Shown here piece by piece: positions 39,568-48,392 of a stretch of DNA of 64,000 nt (position 1 is the stretch's first letter; every line of letters starts with the position of its first letter). Both the position numbers and the translations under genes were made by a program. Source of the stretch: Takakia lepidozioides (lineage: Eukaryota; Plantae; Bryophyta); contig CM060732.1 of assembly GCA_030704615.1 (NCBI GenBank), positions 24,800,001 through 24,864,000 of the forward strand. The letters are read 5' to 3'. The notes beneath the pieces were generated by a model. It was not told the origin of the DNA. It ran no database searches and was given only the letters and a program-made list of their open reading frames with translations.

Positions 39568-40510
39568 ATTTGTTTGCTAGACCTGTTTGGAGGCATGAGC
39601 ACTGGGCTTGCAAGAGTGTTGCAAGCAGGGATTAAAGTACGTAAGTACTTGTATGTGGAGAAGGATGAGATTGCTCGGCGTATTTCCATGCGCCACATTG
39701 CCTTGCTCACACACCGGTATCCTGAGTTGTTGCCTCTCTCAGCAGTTCAAGGGTATCAAAAAGCCTTTCCAGCAGACATTACCTTGCTGGGGGCGGATGA
39801 TTTGCAGCGGCATGGTTCCATTGACTTGGTGATAACCGGATGGCCTTGCCAAGGACACTCTCCTGCAGGTCATGGGAATGGCTTGCATGATGCACGATCG
39901 CATTTGTTTTGGGAGATGTTGCGAGTGTTGGGGGACTTGCAGACGAGGCAAGTGCAACCTTTAGGCTAAATCTTGGAGAATGTTCCTCTTATGGGGGATT
40001 CTCGAGCCAGGGTTATGGCCAGTGTGCATCAGGTGCGGTCTTGGATTGGATCGACGGTGCTATTGGATGCAGCAGCGGTGGGATCACGCATGCATCGACC
40101 TCGATTGTGGTGGACCAATCTTGCACCACCAGAGCTGCTCAAGAGAGCATACGATTCCATTCAACGGCCACCCAATCTCACAGTTGAAGGCATTTTGGAC
40201 CAAGGGAGGCAACCACAGAGAGTGCGACATGATGATCGTCCACCTCTAGCAGTGGTCAATCAAGTGGGGCAGCCACGTGCGGCCTTGCCTACGCTCATGA
40301 GCTTTCCCTCGTCTCATGCTTTCCAAGACAATGGTCCTGGGTTGATTTGGGACAGTGTGCTACAGCAATTGGTGGAGCCCAATGCGGATGAGCGAGAGCG
40401 GGTAGTGGGATTTCTCACCGGCACTACAGATGTGCCAGCTCTGTCAGAGGCATCATGCCGCCAAGTGTTGGGTCAAGCAATGGATTTAAATTGCTTGACA
40501 TGGATAATTT
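39568..40510 (+). other. DNMT3-like C5-cytosine DNA methyltransferase domain inside pol
   Basis: Motif I ICLLDLFGGMSTG, II YVEKDEIAR, III DIT, IV IDLVITGWPCQGHS (catalytic Cys at 39847), V SHLFWEMLRVL, VI ILENVP, VIII RMHRPRLWWTNL, IX DERERVVGFLTGTTDV and X RQVLGQAM, in canonical non-permuted order. Confidence 0.92.
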
Positions 40511-43500
40511 GCTTGTGCATGGCTGAGCAACGGAGATTGCAAGCATTGATGGCTATTTCTACACTCCCATTGGATGGTGCATCCTCCCTGCCAACCGGGA
40601 CGGTTGAGGCAGTGAGTGGGGGTGAGCACAAGATCGCGGGTTGCAAACACCCATGGCAGATGTGGGATGAGATGCGCAAAAATAGAGTCATTGGATCTCT
40701 CAAGCAGTAGTATGAGGAGTGGGGAGAGCCATGGACTGAGGATCAGTTGGAGGCCAAGGTGGCCAAGGTTTTTGAAGAGGTTGAGAATGTTTCTTGCTCA
40801 GAGGATGTTCTCAAGGTGGCTATGGCGGAGCAAGTGGAGGCTACGCCACAGTCAGATTGGGCGGACAAGGCCCAAGAGCCTGGTGTACCCAAGGTTGCAG
40901 TCACTGAGGACAATTGGGAACCAGATGTTGGACCTACAGTCACCGGAGGAGAGAGATGGAGGATCCAGCGATTTCTAAGGGCTTATAGAAATTGCTTTGC
41001 CTTCGGTTTGAAGGATTTGGGGAGTTTGAAGGGTCAGGAGATTCGTATTGATTTGGCAAGTGACACGCCAATCTTTTGAAGGCCCTACCGATATAGTGAC
41101 ATGGAGAGGTCATTGATCCAGTCACGGATTATGGAGTTGTTCGAAGCTGGATTGGTGGAGTTGTCAGGCGGGGAGTATGCCTCGGCAACGGTGATCCCAG
41201 CTAAGAAGGATATCTATGGCAATAAGACAGAAAGAAGGATGTGTGGGGACAATCGTCCTGTGAACCGTCAGACTAAGTCCGATAGATATGCCATGCCAAT
41301 TCCAGAGGAGATCTTTGATGCCATTGGGCATGGAAAGGTGTTTAGCACATTGGACTTGCGATCCGGTTACCACCAGCTGCCAATCAAAAAAGCTGACAAG
41401 CAAAAGACGGCATTCTGGGGGAATGACCAACATGGGAAGGATTGTTTGTACCAATGGCGGTTCTTACCGTTTGGGTTGAAGAATGCTCCTGCAGAGTTTC
41501 AGAGGGTCATGGATAGGATTCTCACGGGGCTAGACTACGCCCGGTGCTATATTGATGACATAATCGTCTTTAGTGCTACGGTTGAGGAGCATGAGAGACA
41601 CCTTCAAGTGGTGTTTGAGCGCTTGAGAGCGCACGAGTTGAAACTGCACCTCGGAAAGTGCAAGTTCTTCCACAATCAGATTGAGTATCTGGGCCACATG
41701 ATATACCCTGGAGGATTGGGTGTTCAACAGACAAAGCTGGAGGCCATTGCATGCATTCCACGCCCCATGGATGTGAGCAGAGTTTGTGCTTTCATGGGAT
41801 TGACAAACTACTATCGACGGTTTGTCAAGGGATTTAGCAGCATTGCAAAGGCTCTTACCAAGTTGACCAAGGTGGGTTAAGAGTGGCAGTAGAAAGAGGA
41901 GCAGGAGGACGCCTTTGAGGAACTCAAGGCTCGATTGACTTCTGCACCTATTCTGAGGCGGCCTATTCGGGGGCGGTCTTTCCAGCTACATACGGATTGG
42001 AGTATGCTGGGGATTGGAGCAGTGCTCACACAGATGGATGATGAGGGAAGGGAGTTCGTAGTGGCATATGCTAGCCGCTCGAACTATGATGCCAAGGCGA
42101 AGTATAGTTCCTATGAAGGGGAGTGTCTAGCTGCAGTATGGGCAGTGGCACATTTCAGATGCTACCTCTATGGCAATCTCTTCACCCTTGTCACGGATCA
42201 CCAACCATTGAAGTGGTTGATGGAGTCAGACAAGCTTACAGGGAAGCTTGCACGGTGGGCACTTATGCTTCAAGAGTACGACTTCCAAGTGGTGCATCGA
42301 GCCGGTATTGTCAATCGGGATGCAGATGGATTGAGTCGTAATCCATGCATGAGCGAGCATGATGATACTGGAGCTCGGTGGCATGGTGAGACTGATGAGG
42401 AGATGGTGCCAGGATGGCATGCATCGGTCTTTTTGTGCATTCTAACAATGGGAGCTCAAGCTGGTCCATCCCATGCAATTGGTCATGTAGATAGCATGCA
42501 TGACGATCCAGAGACTAGTGAGGAGTTTGGTGGTGCTAAGGATGTGCATGAAGATGCAGCAGTATTGGCATACCTTCGTACCGGAGAGACAACATCCAGT
42601 ATGAGAGATCGGGTCCTACAATGAGCCAAGAGGTTCAAGTGCGAGGGGACTCATCTACTCCGGGTATGGGAGGATGGACGAGTGAGGATTGTGCCTCATC
42701 CAACACAACGAGTGCGATTGGTACGCCATGCCCATGAGGAGTTGGGACATTTTGGGGTGCGGCGCACTCATAGTTTGTTGTAAGGGCAGTATTGGTGGCG
42801 GAGCATGCACACGGATGTGCAACACTTAGTGGCAAGGTGCATGGTGTGTGATAGAGTGCGGGCTTCTTTCAACGCTCCTACTCCACAATTGCATCATTTA
42901 TCCATTATGGGTTTGGGCTATCGTTGGAGTCTTGACTTCGCAGGCCCATTGCCACTGACGATTCGCCATAACAAGTATGTGCTGGTGATGGTGTAACACT
43001 TCTCCAAATGGATTGAACTAGTGGCATTGCCTGACAAGGCAAGTGAGGGAGCTGCGTATGCATTCTTAGATCGAGTGCTTAGCCATTTTGGTGCTCCAGC
43101 CGAGGTACTCACGGACCAGGGGAGAGAGTTCTTGGGGGAGTTTCAGGCTTTGTGTGAGCAAGCCTTGATAGATCACCGCACTACTTCTCGGGATCATCCT
43201 GAGGCTGATGGCTTGGCGGAGAGAGTTGTTCAGACAGTCAAGAGAGGTTTGCGCAAGTACGGTTTGCAGAAGGGACACCTAGGAGATTGGGACCTTCAAC
43301 TGCCTTGGCTAGCTATGGGCTATAGGTTCAGCAAACAAGCTTCACTTGCCTCCTTCTCACCTTACTTTCTTCTCTTTGGCCGAGAGCCAGATTTGCCTGC
43401 ATCTAATCGCAGGGAGGTGGTAATAGTTCTCAACCTTGATGATCTGGATGTGTGGACACAAGCATGTGCCTAGCGGGCAGAGTTGTTCAAGAGAGTCATG

Positions 43501-43828
43501 CCTATGGTTTTTGAGAACCTTGCTATTGCCCAACACCGAGACACATTGAGGTACGCCACTATACGTGGAGGGGGATATCGGCCAAGTGTTCGGCGTTTCC
43601 ACCTTGGGGACTATGTGTATCTGCAGCAGACAGCGCCTACGACCTTGGATGTCATAGCAGGACGTGTGATTCTAAGGGTCAGGGAGGTGTTGCCTTCAGG
43701 AGTGTTGATTCTGGAGGGTTGAGATGACATGGTATGGAAGGACCATGTGCGCAATTGTGCACCATATCACCTTCCACGTGTGGATGGGGGGATATCCCAA
43801 CCTTGCAGTGGTACCTGCAGGGTTGCGT

Positions 43829-43963
43829 TGCATGCTATGTGGGCATGCTGGTGGCGCCGAAACCATGTTGGTGTGTGACAAATGCTTAAGGGTGTGACAC
43901 ATGGGATGCTTGACACCGCCACTTGAGGAGGATCCTATCGGAGAATGGTTGTGTCCACGATGC
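43829..43963 (+). other. PHD finger at the integrase C-terminus
   Basis: CMLCGHAGGAETMLVCDKCLRV*HMGCLTPPLEEDPIGEWLCPRC has C4HC3 spacing with WxC. In copy 3 (ORF 59549-59854) it is in frame with the integrase tail. Confidence 0.9.
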
Positions 43964-44235
43964 CTTAAACAGAGGTAGTGGGCATGACAATGGTGAGGTG
44001 GACAAGTGATCCAAGGTCTAGCTAGTGGGGCTTCAATGCCATGGATACTCAACTGAAGATCATGGATTGTATGAAGGCGACTAACGATGGGACTACGTTT
44101 GCACCCGGCCTCTTGATCTATTGCCTTCAGGTGTTGGGACTTGTGCGATTGAAGACCAAGCGATGATCTTATTGGGGTGGATACTTGCAAGCTATCCGGT
44201 GTTAGACGGACCTAATCACCAGCTAGGGGGGCGAT

Positions 44236-44670
44236 TGTGGCGTGGCTTTCTAGGACTATATGCTAGGAAGTGTGGTCGGATAACGATGTATGTTATGACA
44301 CGATGCTTAGGTGCAAGACAGCTGTCATGGTTTTATTTGTGATTAGTTAGAAATAATTATTTCTAACTAATTAGGACATTATATATTTATATTTGTATTT
44401 TGTTGGCATTGGGACTTCATTTGGTTCCATGTGCCAAGTGAGGTGGTGAACCTCACTTGGGACATGGGGAGGTTATCTCCACGTGAGACGTAGGCAGGCT
44501 CGTCTTCTTCTAGTCGAGCCTCCCGAGGCCTCTCCTGCCGCCATAGCTCTAGTTCTTGAGATGGAGAGTGGGTGAGGTCTGTATGGTGAAGTCCTTCAGC
44601 AAAGGTGCCATTGGCTTGACTTATATAACGTGATAGAGTGGTTTCTCCTCTTTTCACCATTTCCGTATTA
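44236..44670 (+). repeat. Intact 435-bp LTR unit = B1 (44236-44320) + GC + A2 (44323-44670)
   Basis: Starts TG just after the PPT and ends TATTA (TATCA in A1). It contains the palindrome GACAGCTGTC at 44317-44326. Confidence 0.8.
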
Positions 44671-44671
44671 T

Positions 44672-44756
44672 TGTGGCGTGGCTTTCTAGGACTATATGCT
44701 AGGAAGTGTGGTTGGACAGCGATGTATGTTGTGGCACGATGCTTAGGTGCACGACA
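44672..44756 (+). repeat. 3' terminal repeat, LTR part B (B2), 85 bp
   Basis: Direct repeat of 44236-44320 with 6 mismatches. Ends CACGACA and is followed by the GGTA duplication. Confidence 0.9.
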
Positions 44757-45920
44757 GGTACTTGTAGGAGAGCATGTGGCTAACACTTGCAAAGCTTCAA
44801 AGCAATGTAAAATCATTTGATAGGGGAACAATTGGTTCACCTTTTCAACCATATTTTACTGACCTCATACTTGTCCGGTACCTTTAAAATGGCATGTGAA
44901 AAACACTTGCAATGCTTTAAAGCACTCAAAAATCATTTGATATGTTCATGATTGATTCACCCTTTCAACCATTTTAGATTGACTTGAAACTTGTGAAAGA
45001 CCTGTAAGAGGGCATGTACAAGACACTTGCAAAGTTTCAAATCAATTTAAAATCATTTGATAGGGGGACGATTGGTTCACCCTTTAAACCATTTTAGATT
45101 GATGTCATACTTCTCAAAGACGTGTAAGATGGCATGTAGAAGACACTTGCAAAGTTTCGGAGCAATAAAATATCATTTCATCGGGGAAGTTTCCGTTCAC
45201 CCTTTCATCCAATTTTGAATTGAACTGGATTTTTACTAAATAAAATGATTTAGAGGGCATTGGATTGTGGGGCGAAATGATTTTATTTTTGGCTTGATTT
45301 TGTTCTGTGAGTTGAACCCTCACACCACCATATCCTTGCCAAAAAATGTACCAAAGAAAAATGTTTGGAAAAAAACGTTCATCCTTTGCTCTATATTCAC
45401 TATTGCAAAACTCTCTATGAAGAGTGCATGAAGTTGAAGATAACTTCACCTTGAAGTGCAAATGAGGGGATAAAATGTGTTTTGGATACAGACGATGTTT
45501 GTTCATGGTGATATTTTGCATGCAGCTCTTTATGTTGTTATCAAGCATATGGCTTCAGAATGTAAGTAAAAACAATTCATGTGCAGGCGAAATGTTGTTT
45601 CTCCTTATGAATTTGAATAACCCTTTCAAACAACTTTGTTGAAGTTCAACTTTGGTCCATATGTGCTTAAGTACGTACAAATCACGTACACAAAGTTGCA
45701 AGCGAAGAAATAATCATTTGCCCCCCGAACGACTCGTTAAACCTTTCAACCAATTTTCAATCATGAATCATTTAATAGGGGAACTATTGGTTCACCCTTA
45801 GAACCATTTTAGATTGACCTCATACTTGTCTGGTAACTTAAAGAGGGCATGTACAAGACACTCCCAAAGTTTCAAATCAATCTAAAATCATTTGGCAGGG
45901 GAATGATTGGTTCACCCATT
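44757..45920 (+). repeat. Continuation of the ~120-bp satellite (forward orientation), with a segment related to the 1009-bp unit
   Basis: Repeating aaaatcatttga...ttggttcaccc...catacttg...ggcatgt. ttgcaaaactctctatgaagagtgcatgaag at ~45403 matches 31509, 32518 and 33527. Confidence 0.8.
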
Positions 45921-46108
45921 GACCCGGTGTACACTGTCACTATTCAAGATTCGTGGGTGTGGTGCTTGATTATCCCATATGATGGACCCAGGTGCCATGG
46001 CCAAGTAACAAACCATTAAAACATTATGGTACGAGACAAACACAATTGAAAACAACATTTATTCAAACATGATGTACAGTCAGAGGTCTACAAGTTTCTA
46101 TCCATCCT

Positions 46109-47542
46109 CTAGCAATTTTTGGGCTCAGGCCAATTGAATAGCCCCGTCATGAAACGCTTCACAACATTTTCTAGTTTGTACCGCAACTCTACTGTGTCTA
46201 CACACAAGTTTTCCAGAGCCGAAGCAAAACAAGTTCTATTAGACATATCGTTGAACAGGCTTGCATCGAACGTGTTACCCCCATTTATTGCCTGGGCTAT
46301 CTTCCCAATTGCAAAGGTCTCTGATGGCACGGTTAGAGGGGGCCTACAAGGTGTGTCATCTGACTGGTTGTTGACTACATTATGAACAATTGCAATTTCA
46401 GGTGCAATCCACCATCTATGTGCGAGAGTCTTTATCATCTTGTCTCTGCTCTCGAAAATGTACAACGTGGTTTTTGGGTCATCCGTCGTGGAGACCATCC
46501 CCCAATCGCATATCCCGATGTACACATCTTCAGACCCTTGTGGAAAATGCAACAAGATGTTGTCGAGGGACATGTCGTTGTGCAAGAGGTGGTGATTATG
46601 GACGTTGAGCATGATGTGCAAAAGCGCCCATGCCAATTGGGTGCGATTCTGTTGGAATCGAACCAGTCGGTTGACCTCCTACATTTCCTGCTCTGTCCCC
46701 CGTCATTCCATTAACTCCCTGTTATCCTGATCATTCCCCCATTTCTTGTCAATACTCAACCATGATCGTATGGTCCCCCCATTCCACCAATGTGTGTAAC
46801 CTTCATTTCGACGTGGATGCAATACAAAATACTTTATGATGCCGAAATGATGGAACTTTACAGCCAACGCCTCATTGTTATGTTGGACTTTGGCAAGCTC
46901 AGCATTTGTTTCCCTGGGCGTTTTCCCTGCTAGCTCCCAAGATGGAGAAATGAATTGATCCCCAACAATTCTACCCCTCCGAATTGTACCATACCCTCCA
47001 TGTTTGGGCGCGTCGAGTTGTTGTACCTGTGCGTTTGTGGATATGTATCTCACGTTCAATGCCGCATCCGCGGACGAGGACCCTGCCTTTCATGGGAGTG
47101 GTTTCATACGTCGTTTGGCGTGGGCATTTGCCATGTCAGACCACCAATCCACAAACACAAACAACTCCTCCTCCGAAGTTGGCATGCGACTTTCAGCTAC
47201 AGGTGTTCTTGTAACAAACTTATCCATGGTTTGCCTCAGATTCCATGTGGCATCATATTCATCCCCGGCCAAAGCCTCCCTCATTCTCATCTCCATATTG
47301 TGCTGGAATCTAAGGAACCTCTCATTCCCATGTTGGACATACAAAAGATTCAAACGCATTATGTCATTGTCCTTCAAATAATCCAGCACTACTTGCTTCA
47401 CCACCTTCGCGGCCTCTGCGTTTGGATAGTTTTTTTTGTTGACCTGACTATCCCGTTCATGTGCATGTTTACGCTTCTTACCTTTACGCCCACTTCCCGA
47501 GGAACCCCCTGATACTGCGTTCGAAGCAACGTTTCCGGACAT
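46109..47542 (-). pseudogene. Intronless divergent protein kinase (~477 codons) with three in-frame stops
   Basis: ORFs 47090-47752, 46703-47059 and 46109-46636 share one frame. Kinase motifs: GGYGTI (Gly loop), LAGK, NNEAL, HNDMSLDNILL (catalytic loop), ICDWG, WWIAPE and SETFAIG. ATG at 47542. Confidence 0.8.
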
Positions 47543-47831
47543 GATGAAAGTACTTTGCAGAATAGATGTGGCTTCGTAACGGAAAACTAAACCCAGACTA
47601 TTGATAACCTTATATACTAGCAGACCAATTTCTTCACCCTCTATTGGTATAGTACCCAAAGCAAACTCTCCCGCAGTCCCAGGAAAAAAAAGCAAAAACT
47701 CCTCCCCCTCACAAATCCACTTTCTCCCCACCCCACGCTCAGTCCTGGCCACCGAAGTTCAAACTCCAAGAAGCCCCAGAACCGCACTCACAGAGAGGAA
47801 AAAAAAGTGGGTTGGGAATGAGGGGTAGGCC

Positions 47832-47839
47832 TTTATATA
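47832..47839 (-). promoter_or_regulatory. Candidate TATA box of the kinase gene
   Basis: TATATAAA on the minus strand, between the palindromic array and a pyrimidine-rich leader ~290 bp upstream of the ATG. Confidence 0.4.
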
Positions 47840-47904
47840 CTGCTTGAAGAGGCCTGGCGCGCGATCGCCTCTGCTGCCCATTCACGCCTCGCCACGTGTC
47901 CAGG

Positions 47905-48392
47905 GAGCGGTCGCACCTATGGGTGGTCGCAGCTAATCACAAAATAAAAAAAGTGCTGCGACCCTCCCCTGCTGGTGGTCGCACATTTTTAAAAACAAAA
48001 CAAAAATGTGCGACCCCCCATAAGCGGTCGCACCTAATAACAAAAAAGAAAAAGTCTGTGACCACCACCGGCTGGTGGTCGCACCCATTTAAAAAATAAT
48101 TAAAAATGTGCGACCATCCCCTGTTGGTGGTCGCACCTATTTAAAAAAAATGAAAAAGTTGCGACCACCACCTTCTGGTGGTCGCACCCAATTTTTTTTA
48201 TAAAAAAAATGTGTGACCACCCTCTGCTTGTGGTCGCACCTATTAAAAGAATAGAAAATGCTGCGACCACCACCTGCTGGTGGTCACACCCATTTAAAAA
48301 TTAAGAAAAAATATGCGACTACCCCCTTCTGGTGGTCGCACCTATTTTTTTTCTTAAAAAAATTGTCCGACCACCCTTTGCTGACGGTCGCA
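47905..48392. repeat. Array of about 10 palindromic units TGCGACCacc-N-ggtGGTCGCA, ~52-bp period, A/T-tract spacers
   Basis: Units at about 47957, 48009, 48057, 48109, 48160, 48212, 48262, 48314 and 48366, plus a partial unit at ~47908. Confidence 0.88.

Larger units (their letters stand above)
36677..43978 (+). pseudogene. gag-pol polyprotein: Gag/CCHC, protease, C5 DNA methyltransferase, RT, RNase H, integrase, PHD finger
   Basis: ORF pieces starting at 37888, 39202, 39973, 40747, 41101, 41935, 42805, 43021 and 43483 are all in one frame, separated only by premature stops. Motifs: VLLDSGAQP; DLFGG/WPCQ/ENV/RPRLWWTN/GQAM; LDLRSGYHQ and YIDD; LHTDWS/TDHQPL/ADGLSR; HHCC, SLDFAGP, TDQGREF, GLAER; C4HC3 PHD after a frameshift near 43790; stop 43976-43978. 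Confidence 0.93.
34751..44756 (+). mobile_element. Full-length decayed Ty3/Gypsy retrotransposon encoding a DNMT3-like methyltransferase and a PHD finger, with permuted LTR ends (copy 2)
   Basis: Termini TGTCATG...CACGACA are flanked by a 4-bp duplication GGTA (34747-34750 and 44757-44760) inside a satellite monomer that rejoins cleanly. Domain order is gag-PR-DNMT-RT-RH-IN-PHD. PPT AGGGGGGCGA lies at 44225-44234. Confidence 0.95.

Noticed and set aside
39568-40510. Host DRM/CMT/MET1 gene or bacterial contamination
   Set aside because: The domain is intronless, in frame within pol, present in two element copies and has canonical motif order (DRM is permuted). The flanks are clearly plant nuclear DNA.
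34751-44670. Conventional LTR pair A1/A2 bounding the element
   Set aside because: A2 is not preceded by the PPT (B1 intervenes), and no target duplication flanks A1..A2. The GGTA duplication and the interrupted satellite monomer place the right end at 44756.
34751-44756. DIRS/Ngaro tyrosine-recombinase element, suggested by the split direct repeats and a methyltransferase
   Set aside because: It encodes an aspartic protease and an HHCC-DDE integrase and has a PPT and a TSD. I see no tyrosine recombinase ORF, and the MTase is C5-cytosine type, not the DAM-like type of DIRS.
46109-47542. Stops in the kinase and pol removed by U-to-C RNA editing or readthrough
   Set aside because: Such editing is organellar. 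The stops differ between element copies and fit ordinary mutational decay.
47905-48392. CRISPR array (palindromic repeats at regular spacing)
   Set aside because: Eukaryotic context with no cas genes. The repeats are degenerate and the spacers are low-complexity A/T tracts, not unique sequences.
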